From an uncultured Nitrososphaerota archaeon (lineage in GTDB: Archaea > Korarchaeota > Korarchaeia > Korarchaeales > Korarchaeaceae), in NCBI GenBank assembly GCA_964594835.1, contig CAZQNA010000002.1, positions 177,800 to 241,799 on the forward strand: a stretch of DNA of 64,000 nucleotides, given 5' to 3'. Positions 8,329 through 18,620 of this stretch are shown one piece after another (the first letter of the stretch is position 1; each line of letters starts with the position of its first letter). Made by a program: the position numbers and the translations under genes. The notes below the pieces were generated by a model. That model was not told the origin of the DNA, made no database searches, and was given only the letters and a program-made list of their open reading frames with translations.

Positions 8329-10182
8329 ATGCCGAAGTACGCGGTTCACACCCTGGTGGCCCTGAAGGTGGCCGAGGCCCTCCAGAGGGATGGGCGGGAG
8401 GAGGGCGGCGTGATGCTGGAGCACAGGGGCCTCACGGTGGTCGGCGCCATAGGCCCGGACCTCTTCTTCTGGGCCCCGGACTACGAGGTCTGTCAGGTGA
8501 TGTTGGCCATACTGGAGGCCTGGGACGAGGTCAAGGGGCTGTACGACGCCACGATCGGGAAGGTGGAGGAGGCCCTCGAGGCCATCGAGGAGCAGGTCGA
8601 GGACCTCGCCAGGCCGCTTGCGCCGGGTCTAGCGGCCCTGATCGAGCAGATCCTCGAAGAGGCCGAGGAGACCTCGAACCTCTTCGAGCAGACCTTGAGG
8701 AGGGGAGCCCTGGCCCTCGCGCTCGGCGTGGACGACTTGTTGGCCGACCTGGGGGACATGCCCACGGTCACGGCCCGCATCTTCGACGCGTTCAGGCCCC
8801 CGCTGCAGGACGGCAAGGGCGAGGAGGAGTGGTACTGGTTCGACATGCTCCACTACAGATACACGGGCGACTTCGCCAGGGCCCTGCTGGAGAACGCCGA
8901 GACCCCCGCGGAGAGGGCCTACGCCCTGGGTTACCTCACCCACGTGGCGACCGATGTGGTGGGGCACGGGTACGTCAATCAGATCGTCGGCGGGCCGTAC
9001 AGGACGCACGTCCAGAGGCACGTGGTCGTGGAGAACTTCATGGACGCCTGGGCCTTCAGAGAGTACGTCGGCGGAGACATAGCCACAGACCTGGTGGGGT
9101 GGCTGGGCCTGCCGGACCGGCTCCCGGACGACGTGGTGGGCCTCATCTACAAGGCGTTCAAGGATGCCTATGACGGGCGCCCGCACCCGACGCTGATCAA
9201 CAAGAGCCAGGGGGGCTACCTCACCAAGGAAGACATCAGGATCACCTACGAGCTGTTCAAGAGGGTGACCGAGTACCTGGAGGACAGGATCAGGCCCCCC
9301 AAGGAGCCCTTCTCCGCCGTCTTTGACGTGCTGGAGGAGGCGCTCGAGGACTGGATCGACTCCCTGGAGCCTCCCTCTCCGCCGGACACCGGCGGCGGAG
9401 GAACCTGCTCAGTCCTGGACTACCTGTCCTTCGGCCTCACGGAGAAGTCCCGGGAGTGCTACGAGGACCTAGCCGAGAGCATCGGCGACTGGCTCGAGTG
9501 GATGGGGGAGATGGTGGCCTGGTCCTTCGAGACCATCCACAAGCTGGTAAACCTGCTGACGACGGCCCTGGCATCCCTGCCAGCCATGGCCATCCTCAGC
9601 ATCCTGTACCTGATTCAACTCACCCTCTACAGGCTGCTGATGATGATCAGGGAGGCGCTGGCGCTCCACGGCCTCACGTACCCTCCCAACTCGCTCTTGG
9701 ACACGGCCCACGGCAGGAACCTCGTCACCCCCTACCAGTGCCAGTTCTCGGACGGCCCCTACCCCGCCGTCGAGGGAGACGAGAACTGCCTCCAGTGCCC
9801 CAGGACTGCCTACGAGAATCCCAAGACCCTCCCGTCCTCCTACCCAGAGGACGCGACACCGAAGACCTTCATGGAGGAACTCCCCCTGAACATAGAGGCC
9901 CTGATCTCGTACGCCGTCGCGCAGAGCCCGGAGGACACCAGGAGGCTGTACCTCCCCCCGCCCCCCCTTGCGGCCGCCCCCGGGCAGGCCAAGCCTCACG
10001 TCAGGCCCATGGGAAGCGCCGTCGAGGTGGCTAAGTGGATGATCCAGTCCTGGCGGGAGAGCCCGTACGCCACGGTCAACTGGAACCTGGACTCGGACAG
10101 GGGCTTCGGGTACAAGCAGTGGACGGGCAGCCTCCCGACGAGTCCCCCCGATCACACGGTCGGGGATGAGGCCTATATCTGA
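8329..10182 (+). CDS. Zinc-dependent phospholipase C / S1-P1 / Het-C superfamily protein
   Basis: MPKYAVH N-terminus, GAIGPDLFF, DMLHY, ALGYLTHVATDVVGHGYVN and RHVVVENFMD provide Zn ligands. RBS GAGGAGG precedes the ATG. Confidence 0.85.
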   Translation: MPKYAVHTLVALKVAEALQRDGREEGGVMLEHRGLTVVGAIGPDLFFWAPDYEVCQVMLAILEAWDEVKGLYDATIGKVEEALEAIEEQVEDLARPLAPGLAALIEQILEEAEETSNLFEQTLRRGALALALGVDDLLADLGDMPTVTARIFDAFRPPLQDGKGEEEWYWFDMLHYRYTGDFARALLENAETPAERAYALGYLTHVATDVVGHGYVNQIVGGPYRTHVQRHVVVENFMDAWAFREYVGGDIATDLVGWLGLPDRLPDDVVGLIYKAFKDAYDGRPHPTLINKSQGGYLTKEDIRITYELFKRVTEYLEDRIRPPKEPFSAVFDVLEEALEDWIDSLEPPSPPDTGGGGTCSVLDYLSFGLTEKSRECYEDLAESIGDWLEWMGEMVAWSFETIHKLVNLLTTALASLPAMAILSILYLIQLTLYRLLMMIREALALHGLTYPPNSLLDTAHGRNLVTPYQCQFSDGPYPAVEGDENCLQCPRTAYENPKTLPSSYPEDATPKTFMEELPLNIEALISYAVAQSPEDTRRLYLPPPPLAAAPGQAKPHVRPMGSAVEVAKWMIQSWRESPYATVNWNLDSDRGFGYKQWTGSLPTSPPDHTVGDEAYI

Positions 10183-10251
10183 GCCCCTACCTTGATTTGA
10201 GCCGACGCGCTGACTCGGGGGACCGCCGACGGCGGTGCGGGCGCCCCCTCT

Positions 10252-11235
10252 ATGGCGCGCAGGCGCGGGGGGTCTCCCTTGAGGGTAGAGGTTAAGGTAG
10301 ACCCACGGGAGTGGTGGTCGCTCTACGCCCAGAGGGGCCGCGGCCTCGGCTGGACCTCTTGGGGAGAGTACGCGCGCTGGAGGGAGGGGATGGCCACCCT
10401 CCAGATATTCTGGGCAGAGGAAGAGCGGCGGGTCCTCTTGCTTGGAGTCAGGGACGGGAGGAGGCTGGTAGGGGTTGCCAGGCTGGCGGAGGTTCCGGTC
10501 AGGTTTCGCCAGAGGTCGACGTGGCGTGGGGTCGCGGAGAGGCTGGAGCTGCAGGACCTGGCCGCGGAAGACCCCGAGGTCCTCCGGGAGACCCTGCGCT
10601 GGGCCGAGCGGCGGGCCTCCAACGCAGGCCTCCCGCTCGGCGTGTCCTCCTGGGATCCCGTCCAGTGGGAGGTCCTCGAGTCCGAGGGGCTGTCCCCCTA
10701 CGCCCGCTCGGTCCTCCTGGGGTGGGACCCTAGGAGGCCGATCCCGCTCGAGCCCAACCCCAGGGTCGAGGTGAGGCTGGGCAACCGGAGGGACAGGCCG
10801 GCGCTCAGGAAGATCCAGCTCGAGAGCTGGGGATTCTTCATCCCGCCCAGCTTCGACCGGCAGGACGTGCTCGTGGCCGCTCTGGACGGCGAGCCGGTGG
10901 GCAGCGCGTACCTCAACAGGGCGTCGGGGAACGTAGACTTCGGCGTCCACGTCAGGAGGGGCTGGTGGCGGAGGAGGATAGGCACAGCTCTGCTTGAGGC
11001 ATGCAGGCGAAGGTGCCTAGAGCTCGGGCTCCCCAGGATGACCGTGGTCAGAGTGATTCCGCTCACGAAGGTCAGGGAGTCTGACGCTAGGGCGCTCGGG
11101 TTCTACTTGGCCTGCGGCGCGGTCCCACTGAGGGAGGTGAGGGGGTTCAGGAGGAAGGCGAGGAGGCGGGCCCTGAGGGTGGTGAGCCTGAGTGAGGCAA
11201 TCCCCCAGCTCTACCCTGAGTTGGCTGTGATTTGA
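10252..11235 (+). CDS. GNAT family N-acetyltransferase (two-lobed)
   Basis: GVHVRRGWWRRRIGTALL acetyl-CoA binding motif A; ALGFYLACG motif B. Confidence 0.8.
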   Translation: MARRRGGSPLRVEVKVDPREWWSLYAQRGRGLGWTSWGEYARWREGMATLQIFWAEEERRVLLLGVRDGRRLVGVARLAEVPVRFRQRSTWRGVAERLELQDLAAEDPEVLRETLRWAERRASNAGLPLGVSSWDPVQWEVLESEGLSPYARSVLLGWDPRRPIPLEPNPRVEVRLGNRRDRPALRKIQLESWGFFIPPSFDRQDVLVAALDGEPVGSAYLNRASGNVDFGVHVRRGWWRRRIGTALLEACRRRCLELGLPRMTVVRVIPLTKVRESDARALGFYLACGAVPLREVRGFRRKARRRALRVVSLSEAIPQLYPELAVI

Positions 11236-11480
11236 GCCGCCCGAGATCGACCTGAGACGGCTGCTCAGGAGGTCCCGACCCCGGCCCCCTTTGGGCGCTG
11301 CGCAGACCTCGCCCACGCCGGCTCGCTCAACCTTTTTTGGGGGTCGACCGCAGGCGCCCGGCCGCACCGCGTGCCGCGCTTAGTCATGAGACCTCTTTCT
11401 CAGGGGGATTCCATGGATCAAGTGTTTGGATCGCGATCGCGGGACCGCCGGGAGTAAAACTCATTTACAGAGAATCCCAG

Positions 11481-11630
11481 ATGGCCGAGCGCTGTCGAAT
11501 GGGTAGGGCCGCGTTCCTCGGAGCCGCGCTGATAGCTCTGCTATCCTTTGCCTCTCAGCCCTAGGCCAAGGTGATCTGGGAGATGCCCGAGGGGTCCGTG
11601 GGGAATACGATCAACGTTTTAACGTCCTGA
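11481..11630 (+). pseudogene. Truncated remnant of a secreted protein gene
   Basis: Signal-peptide-like MGRAAFLGAALIALLSFASQP, in-frame TAG at 11562-11564, then AKVIWEMPEG; ends at the TA cluster. Confidence 0.35.
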
Positions 11631-11662
11631 GTGGAATGGTATGACAGCGACTCCCGGAGGAA

Positions 11663-12061
11663 TTGAGCCGAATGAACAGGAGAGACCTCATGCGAGTTAA
11701 GGAGGCATTGATTCGGAGGGAGGAAGTTCTATTTGCCTACCTATTTGGCTCTGCAGCGGAGCGTAGGGACTCGGGGCTTAGCGATGTGGACATTGCCGTC
11801 TACTTAAACCCCTCTCTGCCACGCGCCAGGATGCTGGAGATACTGGCAGAGATCGCGAGCGAGCTTGAGCCTGGGCTCAAGGTGGATCTCGTTCTCCTCA
11901 ACACGGCGTCTCCGAGCCTCTCCTTTGAGGCGATAAGGGGGGAGCCAATCGTCGTTAGAGATAAGGGCGCGATGAAGGAGTTCGTCTACAGGACCCTCAA
12001 GGTGTATCACGACAGGAGGTACTACGACCTGAGGTGGGCGAGGACTGTGCTAGCGAGGTGA
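11663..12061 (+). CDS. mntA: Minimal nucleotidyltransferase antitoxin (type VII TA)
   Basis: FAYLFGS...SDVDIAV and KVDLVLLN Pol-beta motifs; stop overlaps the HEPN start (GTGA). Confidence 0.92.
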   Translation: MSRMNRRDLMRVKEALIRREEVLFAYLFGSAAERRDSGLSDVDIAVYLNPSLPRARMLEILAEIASELEPGLKVDLVLLNTASPSLSFEAIRGEPIVVRDKGAMKEFVYRTLKVYHDRRYYDLRWARTVLAR

Positions 12062-12507
12062 GAGGGGGAGTGTACTTCGCCGAGAAGGTGTCCAGAAAGA
12101 TGGCCACCCTCGAGAGGGCATTGAATTACCTCAGGTCTAGGGCTGACATGACCCCCGAGCAGATCGAGGAGAATTACGAACTGAGGAGCGCACTGGAGAG
12201 GAACTTCCAGATCGCGATAGAGGCGGCTCTGGATATAGGAGAGATGATAATCGCCGAGGAGGGGCTGCCCAGGCCGGAGGAATACAGGGGGGTCTTCCTG
12301 GAACTCGGGAGGGCGGGCATCCTACCGAGGGAGTTCGCAGAGAGGATAGCGCCCATGGCTGGCTTCAGAAACTTGCTGGTGCACCAGTACGACGTGGTAG
12401 ACCCAGAGAGGCTGTGCGAGTTCCTGAGAGACAGGCTTCCAGACTTGGAGGACTTCATTAAGTACGTGAGGGCCTACATGAGGAGGAAGGGCGTCACTCC
12501 ATCTTGA
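12058..12507 (+). CDS. hepT: HEPN (DUF86) RNase toxin
   Basis: ERNFQIAIEAALDI and GFRNLLVHQY (Rx4HxY). Confidence 0.92.
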   Translation: MRGGVYFAEKVSRKMATLERALNYLRSRADMTPEQIEENYELRSALERNFQIAIEAALDIGEMIIAEEGLPRPEEYRGVFLELGRAGILPREFAERIAPMAGFRNLLVHQYDVVDPERLCEFLRDRLPDLEDFIKYVRAYMRRKGVTPS

Positions 12508-12695
12508 GCGCTTGAGGTCACGTTGCCGACGCTGGATACCTGCGGTGATCCGGGCGCAGAGGAGCCGCGTCCTCTGGCCACCGACTCTAGACGGGGGAGG
12601 CCTCAGGATCGCTAGGATCAACAAGCCTAGGAGCGTGGCGGACATCGAGGAGGGTGTGCTCGCGCTCGATCGGGCCGGACTCTGCAGCAGCTCGT

Positions 12696-13118
12696 CTAGG
12701 CGCCCAGCTCCTCAAGCTGCCTAGCCAGAGTCGAAGCCAGCTCACGTAGAACCCTCACCTTCTCCCGCGCCATTGCGTGCACCCTGGTGGGGTCGACCGT
12801 GGCGTATGCGTGTACTAGGAGATTTCGGAATTTGGCCATGCCTATTCCCTCCTCGACTAACCTGGGGCTGAGCCTGCCTGCCTCGCCCAAAACCCTGAAG
12901 ACGTCTGCATAAGTTTCGGGCGACCTCCTCCCGACCTTAGAGGCGAGCATGTTGGCCAGGTCTATCACAACCTCAATGGCCACCTGGAAGCTCCTCTCAG
13001 CCGCGGCTGGCGCGAATCTATCTTTCAAGAAGTCCTCCAAGCTCATAGCCGATATCTCATCAAGCCTCCTGAGCGCGGACTCCAGCACCCGGATGCGCGC
13101 ATTCACCCTTTCTCCCAC
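12696..13118 (-). CDS. hepT: HEPN (DUF86) RNase toxin, second copy
   Basis: ERSFQVAIEVVIDL and KFRNLLVHAY. Confidence 0.92.
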   Translation of the reverse strand: MGERVNARIRVLESALRRLDEISAMSLEDFLKDRFAPAAAERSFQVAIEVVIDLANMLASKVGRRSPETYADVFRVLGEAGRLSPRLVEEGIGMAKFRNLLVHAYATVDPTRVHAMAREKVRVLRELASTLARQLEELGA

Positions 13119-13119
13119 T

Positions 13120-13503
13120 TCAGACCCCCACGTAGGACCTGGCCCTTGCGGTGTGAGGCTCTAGGATTCTCTTGAAGTCAAAGTACTCCCTCAAGGCTCT
13201 CGATCTAAACTCGTGAAAGTCCCACTCGTCTCCGTAGACTAGCACCCCGTCAACGGCTATGAGGCAGGCAAGCACGGGAGGCACCTCTCGCAGGTCCACT
13301 ACGTCGGCGCTTATCCCCCTCCTCTCCAACTCCTCGGCCAGCTCCGACACGTCGCAGTCGCACAGGACGGCCACATCCACGTCGCTCAATTTGGTAGCTT
13401 CTCTCCTGGCCCTAGACCCAAACAGCACGGCCAGCCTGATTCCGTAGCGAGCGGCCAGCTCTTTGATCGCTGCTTTCAAGGCCGCTACCTGAGGGTCGGT
13501 CAT
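13120..13503 (-). CDS. mntA: Minimal nucleotidyltransferase antitoxin, second copy
   Basis: LAVLFGSRAR...SDVDVAV and ADVVDL; lies directly upstream of the HEPN gene. Confidence 0.92.
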   Translation of the reverse strand: MTDPQVAALKAAIKELAARYGIRLAVLFGSRARREATKLSDVDVAVLCDCDVSELAEELERRGISADVVDLREVPPVLACLIAVDGVLVYGDEWDFHEFRSRALREYFDFKRILEPHTARARSYVGV

Positions 13504-13782
13504 GTTCCCTTCCAACCACCGGGAGGTGGCCCTCAGGGATAATTTAGGATTGTCAGACGGGGCACCTTTAGGACGGTGGCCGCGACGAACACGTCGGCGA
13601 ACCGGAGCCCATCAGCCATCAGGCCTCCCTCCCCGATTGTGTGAAAGAGGCTCTCAGACCTTCTTCAAATCGGGAAGGCAGGGATCGGCTCTGAGGCGGC
13701 GCGCAAGGGCCCCCCCATCTGACTCGCGAGTTCTCTAAGGGCGCTCACTCTTATCTAGGGAGAGCCTCAAAGTCCAACTCAA

Positions 13783-14620
13783 ATGAGATCGGGGATAGAA
13801 GGGGTCAGGAGGTTCTACGATCTGACGGCAGAGAAGGAGGACGCCAGGCTCTTCAGGGACAGGTATCACCGGCTGGAGTTCATCGTCACGATGCGCTACC
13901 TCAAGAAGCACCTCCCGGGCCCAGGAAGGGTCCTCGACTGCGGGTCTGGCTCGGGTCACTACGCGGTTGAGCTGGCGAAGATGGGCTATGAGGTCGTGCT
14001 CTTCGACCTCAGCAGGGAACTCCTCAAGCTGGCGAGGGGCAAGTTCGAGAGGGGGGCTCGTCGACCGCCTCCTCGCGGTAGTTCAGGGATCCTCGACGAA
14101 CCTGGGATGCTTTGAAGACTCTTACTTCGACGCGGCGCTCTGCTTTGGCCCCCTCTACCATCTGATAGAGGAGGGCGATCGAGACAGGACGGTTAGGGAG
14201 CTCTGGCGCGTCTTGAGACCGGGAGGCGTGCTCTTCGTCTCCGCCATCAGCCTTTTCGGCCTATACGGGACGATCGTGGCGGAGTTTCCCTGGGAGCTGA
14301 CCGACGAGAGGCACCAGGAGATGCTGACCCGGGGAATCCACAGGGGAGAGTGGCATGAAGACCCCAAGGTGTTTCCAGACGCCTACTTCTGGAAGCCCCT
14401 CAACCTGAAGGCGTTCATGGAGGAAAGGGGATTCGAGACCATCGAGATGGCCGCCTGCGAGGGAGTGGTCACTCACCTGAGGGAAAGCGTCAACTCGCTG
14501 AGCGAGGAGCAGTGGGAGAGGCTCAAGCAGATAGTCGTCGAGACATCCAACGAGCCCACGATAATAGGCCAAAGCGAGCACTTCCTCTGGATCGGCAGGA
14601 AGCGCCCCATCGAGTCCTGA
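13783..14620 (+). CDS. Class I SAM-dependent methyltransferase, frameshifted at the G6 run 14051-14056 (probable sequencing error)
   Basis: VLDCGSGSG motif I lies in ORF 13783..14115; FDAALCFGPLYHL and VLRPGG lie in the overlapping ORF ending at 14620. Confidence 0.85.
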
Positions 14621-14675
14621 GGGCGGGCATTCCGGCCCAAGAGCCAATGCCGAGATGGCCAGCGGATCCGTCAGA

Positions 14676-15962
14676 TTAGCTACCCTCCAGGAACCTCCGC
14701 GCGAACTCTGCGTACACGGCTGCGGACTTCACCAGGTCCTCAACCTCGACGTACTCGTCGGGAGCGTGTGCCGCCTCTGCCAGGCCTGGGCCAAACTGCG
14801 CCGCTGGGATCTCGAGCCAGTTCCTGAGGAACCTGGCGTCGGACGCTCCCGGCATCACGATCCTGATGGGCCGCTCCCCGTAGACCTCCCCGACGACTGC
14901 CTCCAAGAGCCCCAGCTTACCCTCGGCCCCCCTCAGTACGCTCGGCTCGACGAAGAGCTTGACTCCGACCTCGACGGGGCCGACGTTGAGGCTCGATGCC
15001 AGCTCCTCAACGGCCTCGATCACTTCCTCCGGCGTCTGGCCGGGGAGTATCCTGAAGTCCACAGTGGCCTCGCATAGGTCGGGGACGACGTTCTCCTTCT
15101 CTCCTCCCCGGACTATGCTGGGGCAGACGGTGACGCCCGTCATCGCCCTCAGGGCTGCGGACTCCCTTCCCCCGCCTCCGGAGATCGCGGCCCTCAGGAT
15201 CCTCCCCCACCCGAGCCTCCGGGCCAGCTGCCTGACGAGCTCCCACCTCGTTATGGGGGGCCTGACGGGCCTCACACTGACCCTGTGAATGTTGGAGAGG
15301 AGCCTGGACATCTTCACGACCGCGTTGTCCCCCATCTCCGGGACGGAGGAGTGGGCGCTCCTCCCCCTCACCCTGACCGACACTACGACGGACCCCTTCT
15401 CCCCCACCACGACGAACTTCCCGAGGGAGCTGGAGCCTGAGGGCTCGCAGACCAGGGCGAAGTCCGCCCTCAGAAGCTCAGGCCTCTCCCTCGCGAGCCA
15501 GGCCATCCCGTACTCGCTGCCCATCTCCTCGTCGGCCGTCGCCGCCAGGACCACCCTCCCCCCGATCCCCGCGTCCGCCAGGGCGGCCATGGCCACGGCC
15601 GAGGCGACCACTCCGCCCTTCATGTCGGTCGCCCCCCGCCCGTAGATCCTGCCGTCCACCAGGTCCCCGCCGAGGGGATCCACGGTCCACCCGCCGCCCG
15701 GAGGCACCGTGTCGAGATGACCGGCCAGCAGGAGGGTCTTCCCGCCGCCCTCGCCCACGCTGGCGATCACGTTGGCCCGCCCCTCCCCCCGAGAGAGGAC
15801 CTGGTAGTCGATCCCCACCCGGTCCAGGTACTCGCAGAGGACCTCCGCCGCCCTGACCTCCTCCCCGGGCGGGTTGTAGGTCCTCGCCCTGATCAGCCTG
15901 CGCGTGAGATCAATCAGCTCCCCACGACGCGTCTCGATCAACGACTGAACGTCCACAGCCAA
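14676..15962 (-). CDS. M20 family metallopeptidase/deacylase (ArgE/DapE-like)
   Basis: GHLDTVP, GRGATDMKGG, DEEMGS, GASDARF and AHAPDEYV motifs. Confidence 0.92.
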   Translation of the reverse strand: MAVDVQSLIETRRGELIDLTRRLIRARTYNPPGEEVRAAEVLCEYLDRVGIDYQVLSRGEGRANVIASVGEGGGKTLLLAGHLDTVPPGGGWTVDPLGGDLVDGRIYGRGATDMKGGVVASAVAMAALADAGIGGRVVLAATADEEMGSEYGMAWLARERPELLRADFALVCEPSGSSSLGKFVVVGEKGSVVVSVRVRGRSAHSSVPEMGDNAVVKMSRLLSNIHRVSVRPVRPPITRWELVRQLARRLGWGRILRAAISGGGGRESAALRAMTGVTVCPSIVRGGEKENVVPDLCEATVDFRILPGQTPEEVIEAVEELASSLNVGPVEVGVKLFVEPSVLRGAEGKLGLLEAVVGEVYGERPIRIVMPGASDARFLRNWLEIPAAQFGPGLAEAAHAPDEYVEVEDLVKSAAVYAEFARRFLEGS

Positions 15963-15968
15963 CGCGGA

Positions 15969-16709
15969 TTACCCCCTCAGGATCTCGTCGAGGGCGGCGA
16001 GGGCTTCGCTGGCCCCCATCCTCAGCGGCACGTCCACGCGCCTCGACAGGACCGTCTCCTCGGGGTTAACCTCAATAAGCTTGGCTCCGGCGGCCTTGGC
16101 GATCAGCGGGAGCTGGGCAGCGGGGTGGACGACCGCGCTGGTCCCTATCACGAGCATGGCATCGCACGAGTTCGACAGTTCCACAGCCTCTCTCCAGGCA
16201 TCCTTCGGCAGGGGCTCACCGAACCACACCACGTCCGGCCGGAGCAGCGACCCGCACTCTCTGCACCTAGGCGGGACCTCCTCAGGAGGGGCCTCGAGTT
16301 CCAGCGCCTTGCCGCACCCCGTGCACCTTGCTCGGGTTATCCTCCCGTGGAGTTCCACGACCCTCCTGCTCCCAGCCCTCTGGTGGAGCCCGTCCACGTT
16401 CTGAGTCACGACCCCCGCCAGCCTTCCCTCGGCCTCCCACCTGGCGAGCACCTTGTGGGCTGGCGTGGGCTCCGCGCGGAGCACTAGGTCGATCCTCCAG
16501 GCGTACCACTCCCACACCCTCCTCGGGTCCCTCTTGAATGCCTCGGGGGTGGCGAGCTCCTCCGGCCTGAACCTCTCCCAGAGACCTCCCCTCCCCCTGA
16601 ACGTCGGGACTCCGGCCTCGGCCGATATTCCCGCTCCGGTGAAGGCCACCGCGTTGGATGCCGAGGAGAGCATGTCGGCGGCCCTGCGAAGGTACGGCTC
16701 CGCGGACAC
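15969..16709 (-). CDS. cobB: NAD-dependent protein deacylase (sirtuin)
   Basis: [27 protein letters not shown], two Cxx[10 protein letters not shown] and [10 protein letters not shown]. Confidence 0.95.
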   Translation of the reverse strand: MSAEPYLRRAADMLSSASNAVAFTGAGISAEAGVPTFRGRGGLWERFRPEELATPEAFKRDPRRVWEWYAWRIDLVLRAEPTPAHKVLARWEAEGRLAGVVTQNVDGLHQRAGSRRVVELHGRITRARCTGCGKALELEAPPEEVPPRCRECGSLLRPDVVWFGEPLPKDAWREAVELSNSCDAMLVIGTSAVVHPAAQLPLIAKAAGAKLIEVNPEETVLSRRVDVPLRMGASEALAALDEILRG

Positions 16710-16757
16710 CGGGCATACCCTGGGTCGTCAGTTATTAGAAATGGGTGCCCGGGGGGG

Positions 16758-17630
16758 TTGGGTGGGCCCTTGATAAGGGTCTGCGTCATAGACGCCTTCA
16801 CCCGGGAGCCCTTCGGGGGAAACAGGGCTGGCGTCGTCTACTGGGCCGACTCCCTCGCCGACGCCATCGTCAGGAGACTTCCCTCCGAGATAGCCAGCTC
16901 TGAGACCGTGTTCGTGTACAGGCCTGTGGGGGGCTCTCCGAGGTTCAGGTTCCTCACCCCGACGGGGGTCGAGGTCGACGCCTGCGGGCACGGCACCGTC
17001 GCGGCGCTCCACGCCCTGCACGAGGTCGGACTGGTTAGGGAGGGCCTGCTGAGGATATCCACCAATGCGGGAGAGCTCGTGGCGAGCGTGGGCGGGGATC
17101 CCACCTACGCCATAAGGATGGCTGAGACGGGGGTCAGGCCCCTGGAGGTGGAGAGGGTCCGTGTGGCCAGGGCCCTCGGCGTCGACCCCTCCGAGGTGGA
17201 GCACTCCCTCCCGATCGCCAGGGTGTCGGTCGGGATACCCTGGCTCATGGTCCCCCTGAGGTCCGTCGAGGCCGTCCTCTCCGCAAGGCCTAAAATGGAG
17301 GATGTGAGGGCCCTCAGCGTGGACCTGGGATCCGTCGGGATCTACGCCTTCTCCGGCTCTGGAGAGTTCGTCTCCAGGGCCTTCGCTCCGGCCATAGGCG
17401 TGGACGAGGACCCGGTCACGGGCACGGGCGCCGCCTGCCTGGCCGCCTACGCGAACTCCTACATGAGGCTCGAGGCCGTCGAGGTCAGGCAGGGACACGC
17501 GTTCGGCAGGGTGGGGGTCGTAAGGGCCTGGATCGACGAGGGGGGGAGGGCCTGGATAGGGGGAGAGGCTGTGACTGTCGTCAGGGGGGAGCTCGCGGCG
17601 GAGCCCTCGGGCGCAAGGAGGGTGGCCTAG
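16758..17630 (+). CDS. PhzF family isomerase/epimerase
   Basis: DAFTREPFGGNRAGV, SETVF, EVDACGHGT and EDPVTG motifs. Confidence 0.92.
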   Translation: MGGPLIRVCVIDAFTREPFGGNRAGVVYWADSLADAIVRRLPSEIASSETVFVYRPVGGSPRFRFLTPTGVEVDACGHGTVAALHALHEVGLVREGLLRISTNAGELVASVGGDPTYAIRMAETGVRPLEVERVRVARALGVDPSEVEHSLPIARVSVGIPWLMVPLRSVEAVLSARPKMEDVRALSVDLGSVGIYAFSGSGEFVSRAFAPAIGVDEDPVTGTGAACLAAYANSYMRLEAVEVRQGHAFGRVGVVRAWIDEGGRAWIGGEAVTVVRGELAAEPSGARRVA

Positions 17631-17715
17631 GCGCGCCGGACCCAAGCCGCCCCGGCGGCCCCAAAAGGCTTAATCAGGGGGACCCGTCGGCGACGGGAAC
17701 TGCGAGGGGAAGATC

Positions 17716-18591
17716 ATGGACAGGAGGAGGGCTGCGGGAGGGGTCGCGGGGATCCTCGGGGTGGCGGCCCTCTGGGGCGGGTCCTTCCCGGCCATGAAGC
17801 ACGCCTTCACGACCTCCGATCCGATGCCGTTCCTGGCCGCCAGGTTCGCCCTGGCCTCTCTCGCGCTCTACGTCGGGCTCAGGCTCTCCGGGAGGAGGCC
17901 CGTGGTGACGGGGTGGACCGTGGCGACTGGCGCCCTGGTCTTCCTCGGCTTCGCCCTCCAGCTGGAGGGCCTCACGGGAACCTCGGCGACGAAGTCGGCG
18001 TTCATAACCGGCCTCAACGCCCCGATGGTTCCACTACTGGAGTTGGCCATCTTTCGGAGGAGGCCGAGCCGGAGGTCGGTCCTGGCGATGCTCATCGGGG
18101 TGCTGGGCCTGTCCCTTCTCACCGGGGCCATCAGGGGGATCCCGCTCTCCAGGGGAGACCTGCTGACCGTCCTCTGCGCCTTCGCCTGGGCGGCCCAGGT
18201 GGTTGCCGTGGATCGCCTGTCTGGCTCGGTGGATCCCGCCAGCCTGGCCCTCGGCCAGGCGCTGCCGACCCTCGGGCTCTCCCTGCTCATGACCCCCCTG
18301 CTCGGGGAGACCTCTCCCCCGACCTCCCCGGCGGCCCTGGCCTCCGCCGCCTACACTGGCCTCTTCTCCACGGCTCTGGCCTTCTCACTCCAGGCCTGGG
18401 CTCAGGCCAGGATACCCCCGGAGGCCGCGGCCCTCGGGCTCCTCGCCGAGCCGGTCTTCGCCTCCGTTTTCTCCTGGGCCCTCCTGGGGGAGTCCCTGAC
18501 CCTCGAGCAGTCCCTGGGGGCAGCCCTTATACTGACCTCCATCCCACTCTCCGCCGAACCCGCGGGGCTCGAGGCCGAGTCGCGGGAGTAG
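17716..18591 (+). CDS. DMT/EamA family transporter
   Basis: About 10 TM segments, LWGGSF start, GDLLTVLCA and EPVFA motifs. Confidence 0.9.
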   Translation: MDRRRAAGGVAGILGVAALWGGSFPAMKHAFTTSDPMPFLAARFALASLALYVGLRLSGRRPVVTGWTVATGALVFLGFALQLEGLTGTSATKSAFITGLNAPMVPLLELAIFRRRPSRRSVLAMLIGVLGLSLLTGAIRGIPLSRGDLLTVLCAFAWAAQVVAVDRLSGSVDPASLALGQALPTLGLSLLMTPLLGETSPPTSPAALASAAYTGLFSTALAFSLQAWAQARIPPEAAALGLLAEPVFASVFSWALLGESLTLEQSLGAALILTSIPLSAEPAGLEAESRE

Positions 18592-18620
18592 GGCGCCGGA
18601 CGGAGAGGGTGGTGGGATCG

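Noticed and set aside
10163-10213. Possible C/D box sRNA (GGGATGA..CTGA..TGATTTGA..CTGA) overlapping the end of the Zn-PLC gene
   Set aside because: The C and C' boxes are imperfect, the guides are only ~9 nt, and no target can be verified.
12512-12724. 70-aa ORF between the two HEPN genes
   Set aside because: No convincing start or motif, and it overlaps the hepT 3' end; at most a gene remnant.
14045-14060. Programmed ribosomal frameshift in the methyltransferase (likewise DUF885 and the last surface protein)
   Set aside because: These are short G/C runs with no evident stimulatory structure, and shifts occur in both directions across unrelated genes. Sequencing error is the simpler explanation.
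16758-17630. Phenazine biosynthesis
   Set aside because: This is a lone PhzF-family gene with no other phz genes.
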